The translations under genes and the position numbers were made by a program. Below, piece after piece: positions 54,411 to 64,000 of a stretch of DNA of 64,000 nucleotides. The notes beneath the pieces were generated by a model that searched no databases, had not been told where the DNA came from, and saw only the letters and a list, made by a program, of their open reading frames with translations. The DNA lies in the NCBI GenBank assembly GCA_963749075.1, contig CAVVLJ010000004.1, positions 32,001 to 96,000 of the forward strand. The letters are read 5' to 3'. How positions within the stretch are numbered: position 1 is the stretch's first letter; every line of letters starts with the position of its first letter. The stretch comes from an uncultured Pseudomonadota bacterium. GTDB lineage: Bacteria > Pseudomonadota > Alphaproteobacteria > JACZXZ01.

Positions 54411-54974
54411 ATGGATCAGGATTCGGACGAGGATTTGGTCGCGCGCACCGCAGTCGGCGACCGGGGGGCCTTCGAGATGCTCGTCGTGCGTCATACGCAG
54501 CGCAGCCTGCGCTTGGCCCAGCGCGTCTCGGGCAATGCCAGCGACGCGGAGGAGCTGGTGCAGGAGGCGTTCCTCAGGCTGTGGACCAAGGCGGACACCT
54601 GGCAGCCGGGGCGCGGCAAGTTCTCCACCTGGTTCTTCCGCATCCTCGTCAACCTCTGCCTCGACCGCAAGCGGCGGCCCGACATGCTGCCGCTCGAGAG
54701 TGCGGGCGAGCCGGTCGACCCGCGCCGCAGTGCCGTCGACACGATCTATCAGGACGAGCTCAGCCGCGGCATCGCGGCGGCCATGGGCGAGCTGCCGGAG
54801 CGCCAGCGCGCGGCGCTGGCACTCTGCTACTACGAGGAGATGAGCAATCTCGAGGCGGCCGAGGCGCTCTCGGTATCCGTCTCGGCGCTCGAGGCCCTCT
54901 TGGTCCGGGCGCGCCGCACGCTACGCACAAGGCTTGCGGCACTCGGGGCCCTCGGGCCCAAGGAGGGGGAATGA
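54411..54974 (+). CDS. ECF sigma-70 factor
   Basis: DAEELVQEAFLRLW, FSTWFFRILVNLCLD and LPERQRAAL; start may be further upstream (54306). Confidence 0.88.
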   Translation: MDQDSDEDLVARTAVGDRGAFEMLVVRHTQRSLRLAQRVSGNASDAEELVQEAFLRLWTKADTWQPGRGKFSTWFFRILVNLCLDRKRRPDMLPLESAGEPVDPRRSAVDTIYQDELSRGIAAAMGELPERQRAALALCYYEEMSNLEAAEALSVSVSALEALLVRARRTLRTRLAALGALGPKEGE

Positions 54975-55399
54975 TCTTCGAGGAATTCATGTACTATCTC
55001 GACGCCTACGGGGCGTCGCTCGAGCGCTGGCCGCAGGAGCTGCGGCCGGCGGCATCGGCCTTCCTCGCGGCGTCCGCGGCGGCGGCGGCGGCGCAGGCCG
55101 AGACGGCGCGCCTCGATGCGCTGCTCGACCGGCTGGCACTCGGCCCCGGGCGCGAGAGCGAGACTCGCGTGCGCGCACGCACGCTGACGGGCGCCTCGCG
55201 TCCGCGCCGTGCCGTCGGGATCGCGCTGCGTGCCAATGCCGCGAGACTGTGGCCGCGCGCCGCCGTGCTTGCGCTCGTGGCGGTGCTCGGCATCATCGCG
55301 GGCTCGGTCGGGCTCGAGAGCCAGCAGACCGAGACCACGCCGCTCGACGTGGCGCAGCTCCACACCGATGAGTCGCCCTTCGAGGTCGCTGGCCTATGA
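54971..55399 (+). CDS. Putative membrane anti-sigma factor
   Basis: LDAYGASLERWP N-terminus, single TM helix, coupled to the sigma gene. Confidence 0.7.
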   Translation: MIFEEFMYYLDAYGASLERWPQELRPAASAFLAASAAAAAAQAETARLDALLDRLALGPGRESETRVRARTLTGASRPRRAVGIALRANAARLWPRAAVLALVAVLGIIAGSVGLESQQTETTPLDVAQLHTDESPFEVAGL

Positions 55400-55845
55400 G
55401 CAACGGCCGCGCGAAGGGTTGGGTGCTGCAAGTCGCCCTCTTCGCCTCGCTTGCCATCAACCTCTTCGGCGCGGGCTATTTCGTGGCCCGGCTCTGGCAT
55501 CACCATCCGCCGCCGGGGCCGCCGGGGCCGATGATGCTTGCCGAGCGGCTGGCAGCACCCCTCCCCGCGGCGGACAAGGAAGTCCTCCTCTCGGCCTGGA
55601 AGGCCGATCAGCCCAAGCTCGCGAGCCTCAATGCCGAGCTGGTGGCGGCCCGGCGCGAGGTGCGCGCCAAGCTCAACGCCGAGCCCTTCGACCGCGCAGC
55701 GCTCGCCGCCGCCTTGTCGAATACGCGCGCGAAGCGCCTCGCCCTCGATGAGGAAATCCAGGGCATCATCGTCGATGCCGTGGCCAAGTTCTCGCCCGAG
55801 GGCCGCAAGCTCCTGTGGAGCAGGCCGCCGCCCCCGCCGCACTGA
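55396..55845 (+). CDS. Periplasmic heavy-metal sensor (ZraP/CnrX-like)
   Basis: LFASLAINLF TM, His/Met patch and AEPFDRAAL helix. Confidence 0.75.
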   Translation: MSNGRAKGWVLQVALFASLAINLFGAGYFVARLWHHHPPPGPPGPMMLAERLAAPLPAADKEVLLSAWKADQPKLASLNAELVAARREVRAKLNAEPFDRAALAAALSNTRAKRLALDEEIQGIIVDAVAKFSPEGRKLLWSRPPPPPH

Positions 55846-55861
55846 CGGCGCCCGCCGGCGC

Positions 55862-56350
55862 TCAGTTGAGGCGCTGGGGCAGCTCGGCGATCGCGGAATC
55901 GACCAGTGCCGCGGCGCGGGCGCCGTCGAGATTGGCCGCGACCAGGCGGCGGGTGACCGCCACGGCGAGCGCCACCGCGAGCGCGCGCACCTCGTCGATC
56001 GCCTTGGCCTCCGCTTGCGCTATGCGCTCCATCGCCTGCTGCTCGCGCCGCTTGAGCGAGGCGGCAAGCTCGCCCTCGGCCTGGCGGCGGTTGCGCTCGG
56101 CCTCGGCACCGGCGTGGCGCAGGATCGCCTCGGCCTCGGCGAGCGCCTGGCTCTCCTTCTGCTGGTACTCGGCGAGGAGCGCCTCGGCATCGTCCTTGAG
56201 GCGCCGCGCCTCGTCGAGCTCCGCCTTGATGGTGGCGGCGCGAGCATCGAGGCCGCCCGCGACGCCGCGCTTGACCGGCTTCCAAACTCCCGCCACCAGG
56301 ATGACGAAGGCAACCGCGACCCAGATCTCCGGGTTCTTGAGGAGCTCCAT
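55862..56350 (-). CDS. atpF: ATP synthase F0 subunit b
   Basis: WVAVAFV TM plus coiled coil; operon context. Confidence 0.9.
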   Translation of the reverse strand: MELLKNPEIWVAVAFVILVAGVWKPVKRGVAGGLDARAATIKAELDEARRLKDDAEALLAEYQQKESQALAEAEAILRHAGAEAERNRRQAEGELAASLKRREQQAMERIAQAEAKAIDEVRALAVALAVAVTRRLVAANLDGARAAALVDSAIAELPQRLN

Positions 56351-56841
56351 CAGCGTCTCTCCCCCGTCTCCGCGGCGAGCGCCTCCGCCACGGCCGAGGG
56401 CGCTGCCTTGACGCCGATCAGCCGCTCGGTCGCCGCCTCGGCCGCCTCGCCGGCGATGCCGCGGATATTGGCGAGCGCCGTCTCGCGCGCGCCGGCGATG
56501 CGCGCCTCCGCGTCCTTGACGCGCTCGCCGAGCCTCAAGCCGAGCTCGGCATGGCGGGCGGCGGCCTCCGCCGCCATCTCGTCCGCCAGCTTGCGCAATG
56601 CCGCGCGCGCCCTCTCGTGCGCCCCTGCCAGGGCCGCCTCGTACTGCGCCAGAACCTCCGCCGCCTCGTCCCTGAGCGTGGCCGCGCGGTCGAGATCGCT
56701 CTCGATGCGGGCTTGCCGCGCCGCGAGGACGGCCGCCACCTTAGGCAGCGCCACCTTCCACAGGATGAAGAAGAGCGGCACGAAGGTGAGGACGAGCCAG
56801 AAGAGCTGGCTCGGGTAGCTGCTCGGGTCGAGCTGGGGCAT
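56350..56841 (-). CDS. ATP synthase F0 subunit b'
   Basis: MPQLDPSSYPSQLFWL N-terminus. Confidence 0.9.
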   Translation of the reverse strand: MPQLDPSSYPSQLFWLVLTFVPLFFILWKVALPKVAAVLAARQARIESDLDRAATLRDEAAEVLAQYEAALAGAHERARAALRKLADEMAAEAAARHAELGLRLGERVKDAEARIAGARETALANIRGIAGEAAEAATERLIGVKAAPSAVAEALAAETGERR

Positions 56842-56896
56842 GATGCCGTCTCCTTGCTGCGCCGCTACGATGCTCGGCCGGAGCGGCGCCGGCGCG

Positions 56897-57121
56897 CTAG
56901 CCGAACAGCACGACGAGGGCGATGACGAGCGCGTAGAGGGCGATGGCCTCGACGAGGGCGAAGCCGAGCATCGTCATGGTGAAGACGTCGCCGCGCGCCG
57001 CCGGGTTGCGGCCGACCGCGGTGATGAAGGCGGCGAAGATGCTGCCGATGCCGACACCCGAGCCGATCACGCCGATCACGGCCAGGCCCGCACCGATTAG
57101 CTTCGCGGCTGCGACTTCCAT
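56897..57121 (-). CDS. atpE: ATP synthase F0 subunit c
   Basis: GSGVGIG, RNP loop and GFALVEA. Confidence 0.95.
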   Translation of the reverse strand: MEVAAAKLIGAGLAVIGVIGSGVGIGSIFAAFITAVGRNPAARGDVFTMTMLGFALVEAIALYALVIALVVLFG

Positions 57122-57184
57122 CGTTCGCTCCTCTCGGTTGCTTTGGTTGCCTAGGGTTGATTGCCTGGAGCGTTGCCGCCCCGC

Positions 57185-57923
57185 TCAGTGGAGGTGGAGT
57201 GCGTCGTTGATGTAAAGGCAGGTCAGAATGGCGAACACGTAGGCCTGCAGAAAGGCGATGAGGAACTCGAGGCCGGAGAGCGCCACCACGAAGGCGAGCG
57301 GCAGCACGCCGGCGAACCCGAGGAGGAAGACGAAGCCCGCGAATACCTTGAGGAGCGTGTGCCCCGCCAGCATGTTGGCGAAGAGCCGCACCGAGAGGCT
57401 GATGGGCCGCGAGAGATAGGAGATGATCTCGATCGGGATGAGGAGCGGCCACAGCGCCGGCGACACGCCGGGCGGCACGAAGAAGCGCAGGAAGTGGAGC
57501 CCGTGGCGCGCGACGCCGAGGATCGTCACCCCGATGAAGACCGAGAGGGCGAGCGCAAAGGTGACGATGATGTGGCTCGTGAAGGCGAAGCTGAAGGGCA
57601 CCATGCCGAGGAGGTTGCCGAACAGGACGAACATGAAGATCGTGAAGACGATGGGGAAGTAGCGCTTGCCCTCGCCGCCGATCGTGTCGCGCAAGAGGCT
57701 GGCCACGAACTCGTAGGAGAGCTCCGCCATCGATTGCAGGCGCCCCGGCACGAGCGCCCGGGGCCGCGCGCCCAGAATGAGGAAGAGCGTGATCGCGGCA
57801 AGCGCCACCACCATCACGAGCGAGGAATTGGTGAACGAGAACGTCGAGCTTCCCGAGATGAAGCGGGATGATCGGCTCGATCTTGAACTGCTGGAGTGGG
57901 CTGTCGGTGCTGGCTGCCGCCAT
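57185..57923 (-). CDS. atpB: ATP synthase F0 subunit a (+1 frameshift at ~57841)
   Basis: SPLQQF N-terminus in one frame; SFTNS, PGRLQS, SLSVRLFANMLAGH and LQAYVF in the next; span is 738+1 nt. Confidence 0.92.
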
Positions 57924-57935
57924 GTCGTCCCCGCC

Positions 57936-58301
57936 TCAGGCGTCCTCGTCGTCTTCGGCGGCCCCTCCGGCCGCGCTCCGCTCCCGCGGCTCCTTGCGGT
58001 AGCCGACCGTGCCCCCGAGCCCGCTCGTCAGCCGGAAGACGTTGAGCAGGCCCGCCGCCGACCCGAGCACGAAGAAGAGGATCAGCAGCCACGGCTTCGT
58101 GCCGAGCCAGCGGTCGAGCATGTAGCCGAGCGCCACGCCCACCACGAGAGCCGAGACCAGCTCGAGCCCGATGCGCCACGCCAGGCCCGCGCCGCCCGCC
58201 TCCGCCGCGTGACGCGCCGCGCCGCCGGCCCGCCGCCGCTGCGCCTCGCGCACGCGCGCATCGAGCGCTTCGAGGGAATGCGGAAGCTTGCGCTCGGTCA
58301 T
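57936..58301 (-). CDS. atpI: AtpZ/AtpI family protein
   Basis: GYMLDRWLGTKPW and GLLNVFR; first gene of F0 operon. Confidence 0.85.
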   Translation of the reverse strand: MTERKLPHSLEALDARVREAQRRRAGGAARHAAEAGGAGLAWRIGLELVSALVVGVALGYMLDRWLGTKPWLLILFFVLGSAAGLLNVFRLTSGLGGTVGYRKEPRERSAAGGAAEDDEDA

Positions 58302-58537
58302 GGCAAGCCGCCTGCCCGTGCCAAGTGGGATGCTGCCCCGCGGATTGCTCCGACCCCCCGTGCGGGACGGCTCGCGAGCCGATTTCGCGGGCGCACCTTA
58401 AGGAGCGGGTCCGGCCCTGTCAAGGCCGCGAAGCCGCGGCAAACTGGGCGATTTCCGCCCCCTCCGGCGGCAGCATCGGCCCTTATGTTGCCACCCTCGG
58501 TCGTGATAGATGTATGGCCTGCAAAAGAGCGAAATCT

Positions 58538-58864
58538 ATGTATAGCGAACAAGCTGCGGACCCGGTGTTAGTGCGCTTCCGCGCGGCCCTCGACGAGCTT
58601 TTTGGCGACCGCGTGGAGCGGGTCGTGCTGTTCGGCTCCCGTGCGCGAGGCGATGCGCGCCCGGACTCGGACTATGACGTAGCCCTTTTTCTCCACGATC
58701 TCGGTGCGGACCGGTGGCGGGAGCTGACGGCGTTGGCAACGATTACCGAGCCCATTTTGGAGGAGACCGGAGCGGTTCTTAATGTCCTTCCCCTTCGTGC
58801 CGGGCTGCATCGCGAGCGCACGCCGCTCATGCATGAAATCCGCCGTGAGGGCTTGGATTTATGA
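58538..58864 (+). CDS. Minimal nucleotidyltransferase (MNT) antitoxin
   Basis: LFGSRARGDARPDSDYD and EIRREG. Confidence 0.88.
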   Translation: MYSEQAADPVLVRFRAALDELFGDRVERVVLFGSRARGDARPDSDYDVALFLHDLGADRWRELTALATITEPILEETGAVLNVLPLRAGLHRERTPLMHEIRREGLDL

Positions 58865-59244
58865 CGCCGGAGGTTGCGGCCTACCTTGAAAAGGCCCGTG
58901 AGTGTCTCGCCAACGCGCAAAAGATCATTGCCATCGAGGTCGCAAGCGATGCTGCGCGCGCCGCATATTTAGCCGGCTTCCATGCGGCGCAGGCTTTCAT
59001 CTTCGCCAGTACGGGCAAGACGACGAAGACACATAGCGGCGTCCGCACGGAGTTTGCCCGCCTTGCGAGGTCGGATGCTCGTATCCCCAAGGATTTACCG
59101 ACATTTCTCGGGAAAGCATACGAGCTGAAATCCATTGCCGACTACGGCATCAGTCCGAATATCCGCGTTTCGCTCGGCGATGCGGAAAATGCCATCGAAA
59201 CGGCGGCCCGTTTTATCGAGTGTATTGCGGGCCTGCTGAAATAA
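58861..59244 (+). CDS. HEPN domain protein
   Basis: AYLAGFHAAQA, KTHSGV and SIADY; ATGA-coupled to MNT. Confidence 0.85.
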   Translation: MTPEVAAYLEKARECLANAQKIIAIEVASDAARAAYLAGFHAAQAFIFASTGKTTKTHSGVRTEFARLARSDARIPKDLPTFLGKAYELKSIADYGISPNIRVSLGDAENAIETAARFIECIAGLLK

Positions 59245-59289
59245 CTCGATGTCCCCAGGCGCGCGACACGGCAAGAAACTCTGATCTTC

Positions 59290-62200
59290 TCACGCCGTCG
59301 CCCTGAGGCTGTCGGCGGCGGCGAGGTCGACGGAGACGAGCTGGCTCACGCCGCGCTCGGGCATGGTGACGCCGAACAGGCGGTCCATGCGCGCCATGGT
59401 CATGCGGTGGTGGGTGATGAGGAGGAAGCGCGTGGCCGAGGTGTGCGCGATCTCCTCGAGGAGCGAGCAGAAGCGGTCGACGTTGGCGTCGTCGAGCGGG
59501 GCGTCCACCTCGTCGAGCACGCAGATCGGCGCCGGGTTGGTGAGGAAGACGGCGAAGAGGAGGGCAAGTGCGGTGAGCGCCTGCTCGCCGCCCGAGAGGA
59601 GCGAGAGCACCTGCAGCTTCTTCCCCGGCGGGCTCGCCAGGATCTCGAGCCCGGCCTCGAGCGGGTCCACCGATTGCGTGAGCTCGAGATGCGCCCGCCC
59701 GCCGCCGAAGAGGCGGATGAAGAGCGCCGAGAAATGCTCGCTCGCCTGGGAGAAGGAGGCCATCAGGCGCTCGCGGCCCTCGCGGTTGAGCTCGGCGATG
59801 CCCTGGCGCAGCCGGGCGATGGCGCCCAGGAGATCGGCGCGCTCGCTCGCGAGCGAGGCGATCTGCTCCTCGACCTCGCGCGCCTCGGCCTCGGCGCGCA
59901 GGTTGACGGGTCCCATGTTCTCGCGCTCGCTCACCAGGCGCTGGAAGCGCATCTCGACGCGGCCGAGCTCGGGCGGCGCCTCGTCGGCCTTGAGCTCGGC
60001 AAGCGCCAGGCAGTCCTCCGGCGCGCAATCGAGCCGCTCGGCGATGCGCTCGGCGACCGCGGCGAGGGCAGCGCCGGCCGCCGCCACCGCGGCCTCGCGC
60101 CGCACGCGCTCCTCGCGCGCGGCATGGAGCTCGCGCTCGGCAAGCTTGAGCGCCTTGTCCGCCGCGGCCGCGGCGGTCTCACCTGACGCGAGCCGGTCGG
60201 CCGCCGCCTGGCGCCGGCCCTCGGCCTCGGCGATGCGGTCGAGGAGCTCGCCGCGCTCGCGCGCGATCTCGGCCGGCTTGGCGGCGAGCAGCGCCTCCTC
60301 GGCCTCGGCCGCATCGCGCCGCTCGGCGAGCTCGGCGAGCTGCCGGGCTGCTGCGGCTGTGCGCTGCTCCCAGGTGGCGGCCTCGCCGGCGATCGCCGCA
60401 AGGCGCTCGCGCCTGAGCGTGGCCTCGCCCGCGAGCCGGTCGTAGGCGCCCTGGCGCTCGCGCTGGCCGTTGCGCGTCTCGGCGAGACGGCTGCGCGCGC
60501 TCTCGAGCCGCCGGCGGGCCGCGGCAAGGTCGGGGAGGAGGGCGAGTGCCTCGCGCGTCTCGGCCGCCTCGCGCTCAGCCTCCGTCGTGGCGATGGCGAG
60601 CTCGGAGGCGCTTTCGGCGAGGGCGGCGAGGCGCGAGCTCTGTTGCGCCGCCTTGTGGGCGAGATGCCGCTCCGCCTCGCGCGCTCCGTTGAGCGCGGCT
60701 GCTGCCTCGCGCGCAAACTCGCGGGCGCGCCGCTCGGCGGCAAGTGCCGCGCGGGAGCGCCCTTCCGCCTCGGCCAGGCGGCCGCGCGCCGTCTCGAGCG
60801 CCGCCGTGGCCGCGGCGAGAAGGGGGCGGAGCTCTTCGAGCTGGTTCTTCTGGCCGAGCCGCTTGGCCGCTGCGGTGGCGGCACCTGCCGCGGCCGTGAA
60901 GCCGTCCCAGCGCCAGAGCGCGCCGTCCTTGGCGACGAGGCGCTGGCCCTGGGCGAGGCGCGCCATAAGGGCGGCACCGGTCGCATGGTCGGGCACCACG
61001 CCGATCTGCGCCAGTCGGCGGTCGAGGGCGGCGGGCGCGCGCACGTAGCGGGCGAGAGGCGTCGAGCCCGGGGGCAGGGAGGGCGCCTCGGCGAGCGGCG
61101 GCAGCGCCCGCCAGTGGCGCGGCGCTCCCTCGTCGAGGGGAGCGGCGAGGTCGTCGCCGAGCGCTGCACCGAGCGCCGTCTCGAAGCCGGGCTCGACGAC
61201 GACCGCATCGATGAGCGGCGGCCACATGCCGGGGTTGTCGGCTGCCAGGAGGTCGGCGAGCGCCTTCGCCTCTGCGGCGAGCTCGGCGCGCGCGGCCTCG
61301 GGTGCCTGCAGCGCCTCGCGGCAGGCGGCCTCGTCGGCCTTGGCGCTGGCGTGCGCGTCCTCCGCGGCCTGTGCCGCGAGGCCGCTCGTCTCGGCGCCGG
61401 CCTCGGCCGCCGCCACGGCCTTCAGCACCTCCTCGAGGGCGGCGGCGGCACCCGCCTCGGCCTCGATGCGCGCGCGCTCCGCGGCGATCTCCTCGCGGCG
61501 CTGGGCGAGCCGGGCGATACGGGCATCGAGCTCGGCGCGCCGTTCGCCAAGCGCCCGCTCGCGCGCCTCGCCTGCCGCGACCTCCTCGACCGCCCCATTG
61601 AGCGCGCTCTCGTCGGACGACAGCGCCGCGTTCGCCTCGGCGAGCGACGCTTCTGCCGCGGCCAGCGCCGCACCCTCGTCCGCTTGCGCCGCGGCGAGGG
61701 CGGCTGCCTCGCGCGCCAGGCGCTCGGACGCGGCAGCCGCGTCAGCCGCCAAGCTCTCCTCGCGCGCCCGATCGGCGGCGATCTGCGTGAGACGCTTGGC
61801 GGCGAGTGCCAGGGCCTCCTCGGTGCGGCGCTCCTCTGCCGCGAGCGCCTCGCGCGCCACCGCGTAGCGGTGAAGCTCCGCCGCCACCTCGGCCTCGGCG
61901 AGGCGCAGCGGCGGCAGCGCCGCCGCGGCATCGGCTTCCGCCGTGGCGGCGGCGGCCACCCGGCCGGTGAGCTCGGCCACGAGCTGCTCGGCCTCGCGGA
62001 AGAGCGCCTCTGCGGCCTCGACCTCGCCGCGCGCCGCTTGCCAGCGCAGGTGCAGCAGGACCGCCTCGGCGCGGCGGATGTGGTCCGAGAGGTTGCGGTA
62101 GCGGCTCGCCTGGCGCGCCTGGCGCTTGAGGCCCTGGAGCTGCGCTTCCATGGTCTGCAGCACGTCGTCGAGGCGCTCGAGGTTGGCGTCGGCGGCGCTC

Positions 62201-62754
62201 AAGCGCAGCTCCGCCTCGTGGCGGCGCGAGTGGAGGCCGGTGATGCCGGCTGCCTCCTCGAGGAGCGCCCGGCGGTCGGTCGGCTTGGCGTTGATGAGGG
62301 CGGCAATACGGCCCTGCCCGACGAGGGCGGTCGAGCGCGCGCCGGTTGCGGCATCGGCGAAGAGGAGCTGCACGTCTCGCGCGCGCACCTCGCGGCCGTT
62401 GACGCGGTAGCTCGAGCCCTGGCCGCGCTCGATGCGGCGCAGGATCTCGATCTCGTCGCCGTCGTTGAAGGCGGCGGGCGCCGAGCGCTCGCGGTTGTCG
62501 AGCAGCACCTGCACTTCGGCGATGTTGCGCGGCGGTCGGTCCTGGGTGCCGCCGAAGATGACGTCGTCCATCTCGCCGCCGCGCATCTGCTTGGCCGAGA
62601 CCTCGCCCATCACCCAGCGCAGCGCCTCGGAGACGTTCGACTTGCCGCAGCCGTTGGGGCCGACGATGCCGGTGAGGCCGGGTGCGACGACGAGCTCGGC
62701 CGGATCGACGAAGGACTTGAAGCCCGAGAGTCTCACGCGCGCGAAATGGAGCAA
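59290..62754 (-). CDS. smc: Chromosome segregation protein SMC
   Basis: GFKSF, GPNGCGKSN, long coiled coils and hinge, LSGGE and LDEVDAPLD. Confidence 0.96.
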   Translation of the reverse strand: MLHFARVRLSGFKSFVDPAELVVAPGLTGIVGPNGCGKSNVSEALRWVMGEVSAKQMRGGEMDDVIFGGTQDRPPRNIAEVQVLLDNRERSAPAAFNDGDEIEILRRIERGQGSSYRVNGREVRARDVQLLFADAATGARSTALVGQGRIAALINAKPTDRRALLEEAAGITGLHSRRHEAELRLSAADANLERLDDVLQTMEAQLQGLKRQARQASRYRNLSDHIRRAEAVLLHLRWQAARGEVEAAEALFREAEQLVAELTGRVAAAATAEADAAAALPPLRLAEAEVAAELHRYAVAREALAAEERRTEEALALAAKRLTQIAADRAREESLAADAAAASERLAREAAALAAAQADEGAALAAAEASLAEANAALSSDESALNGAVEEVAAGEARERALGERRAELDARIARLAQRREEIAAERARIEAEAGAAAALEEVLKAVAAAEAGAETSGLAAQAAEDAHASAKADEAACREALQAPEAARAELAAEAKALADLLAADNPGMWPPLIDAVVVEPGFETALGAALGDDLAAPLDEGAPRHWRALPPLAEAPSLPPGSTPLARYVRAPAALDRRLAQIGVVPDHATGAALMARLAQGQRLVAKDGALWRWDGFTAAAGAATAAAKRLGQKNQLEELRPLLAAATAALETARGRLAEAEGRSRAALAAERRAREFAREAAAALNGAREAERHLAHKAAQQSSRLAALAESASELAIATTEAEREAAETREALALLPDLAAARRRLESARSRLAETRNGQRERQGAYDRLAGEATLRRERLAAIAGEAATWEQRTAAAARQLAELAERRDAAEAEEALLAAKPAEIARERGELLDRIAEAEGRRQAAADRLASGETAAAAADKALKLAERELHAAREERVRREAAVAAAGAALAAVAERIAERLDCAPEDCLALAELKADEAPPELGRVEMRFQRLVSERENMGPVNLRAEAEAREVEEQIASLASERADLLGAIARLRQGIAELNREGRERLMASFSQASEHFSALFIRLFGGGRAHLELTQSVDPLEAGLEILASPPGKKLQVLSLLSGGEQALTALALLFAVFLTNPAPICVLDEVDAPLDDANVDRFCSLLEEIAHTSATRFLLITHHRMTMARMDRLFGVTMPERGVSQLVSVDLAAADSLRATA

Positions 62755-62776
62755 GGCTGCCGTCCCTGCCTGAGAG

Positions 62777-63394
62777 CTATTTGAGAAGCGGTGCCAGGAT
62801 GGCGTCGAACTGCGCGAGCGGCATGTCGCCCTCGTGCTTGACGCCGTTGATGATGAAGGTGGGCGTGGCCTCCAGCTTGAGCTGGTTCTGCGCGTCGAGC
62901 TCGACCTTGAGGATGCCGTCCATGAGCTCCTTGTTGTCCATGCAGGCGTCGAACTCCTCCTTGCTCATGCCGCCGAGCCGCGCCACCTTGGCGAGCTCGG
63001 CCACGGGGTCGGGTGCTGTGGCCCAGGTCTCCTGCGACTTGAAGAGGATCTCGAGGAAGCCGAAGAAGCGCTCGGGCCCGGCGCAGCGCGTCAGCATGGC
63101 CGCCCGCAAGCCAGGCTGGTCGAAGGGGAAGTCGCGGTACCTGTAGTAGACCTTGCCGGTGTCGATGTACTTCTTCTTGAAGGCCTCGAAGGTGTTGGCC
63201 TCGAAGGCGGCGCAGTGGGGACAGGTGAGCGAGGCATATTCGACCACCGTGACCGGCGCCTTATCGTCGCCGAGAGTGCCCTCGGCCAGCATCTCCGCGA
63301 CCGTCATGGCTGCCGCGGCAGGCCCGGCGAGGCCGGCGAGGAGCAGGCAGAGAGCCACTAAAATTTGTAGGGTGCGAGCCAAATCGGCCTCCAA
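62777..63394 (-). CDS. DsbA family thioredoxin-fold protein
   Basis: Signal peptide, EYASLTCPHC and ATPTFIING. Confidence 0.9.
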   Translation of the reverse strand: MEADLARTLQILVALCLLLAGLAGPAAAAMTVAEMLAEGTLGDDKAPVTVVEYASLTCPHCAAFEANTFEAFKKKYIDTGKVYYRYRDFPFDQPGLRAAMLTRCAGPERFFGFLEILFKSQETWATAPDPVAELAKVARLGGMSKEEFDACMDNKELMDGILKVELDAQNQLKLEATPTFIINGVKHEGDMPLAQFDAILAPLLK

Positions 63395-63480
63395 GCTACT
63401 AGATGTGGTGGATTATAGGGCAGCCGGGACAGCTGCCACAAGCGCTCTCCCGGCAGATTCCTGTGGATAAGCCTCCGGCC

Positions 63481-63972
63481 TCAGCGCCCCTCCTTGGCGG
63501 CGAGGAGGGCCAGGCCCAGGCGCGCCATCGCCTCGCGCAGCGCCGGGCTCTCGATGGAAGCGAGCTCGAGGGCGAGGCGCTCCTTGGCCGTGGGGTCGGG
63601 CTCGGCCGCCCGGTGCGGTGCCGCGCGGGCCGGCTGGCGCCGCGTGGAGAGCGGCCCCTGGTGCAGCTTGAGCCGGGCGAGCGCGCGATAGCCGAAGTAG
63701 GCGTTGATGCGCTCGACGAGCTGCGGCTCGAGGTGCTGGAAGGCGAGCGCCCAGGCGCCCTCGACACGCAAATGGAGGGTGCCCTCGATGCGCTCGCCGC
63801 GGGGAAATTCGAGCCGCTCGGGCTGCGCGTGGAGGGCGATCTCGGCACCTGCTATGGCCGGCCAGTCGGCCACGAGGCCGGCCTCGGCAAAGCCGCGCTT
63901 GCCGATTGCCGCGCGCGCGAGCCTGGGCACGAGCTGCGCCAGGCTCCTGGGCCCGCTCGGCTCTCGGGTCAT
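63481..63972 (-). CDS. DUF721/DciA family protein
   Basis: KRGFAEAGLVADWPAIAG and QLVERINAYFGY; precedes dsbA-smc. Confidence 0.8.
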   Translation of the reverse strand: MTREPSGPRSLAQLVPRLARAAIGKRGFAEAGLVADWPAIAGAEIALHAQPERLEFPRGERIEGTLHLRVEGAWALAFQHLEPQLVERINAYFGYRALARLKLHQGPLSTRRQPARAAPHRAAEPDPTAKERLALELASIESPALREAMARLGLALLAAKEGR

Positions 63973-64000
63973 GGCATGCCCGCCGCTGCCGTCTTCACTC

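Overview
High-GC alphaproteobacterial (Rhodospirillales-like) chromosomal segment made up mostly of housekeeping genes. These include lipid A/Kdo genes (lpxL, lpxK, waaA, msbA), pmbA/tldD, ubiD/ubiA, rsmE, gshA, an aa3 cytochrome c oxidase operon, thrC/thrB, dsbD, rnhA, a glycine-riboswitch-controlled gcvTHP operon, an ECF sigma triad, the ATP synthase F0 operon, smc, dsbA and a DciA-like gene. Several small accessory inserts sit between them. One is a lower-GC three-gene operon ending in an orphan Tae4-type amidase. Another is a restriction-modification remnant (5'-truncated C5 methylase, NotI-like nuclease, Vsr) bracketed by a 335-bp, ~96%-identical duplication of the ubiD 3' end. There are also six toxin-antitoxin loci (some broken), REP-like palindromes and a collapsed LysE/LysR pair. 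Five genes carry the same +1 T frameshift (GTCT->GTTCT, four of them in GACGTCT), most likely a motif- or methylation-linked sequencing error. No rRNA, tRNA, CRISPR array, integrase or transposase was seen. All family assignments come from motif recognition by eye; no database searches were run.
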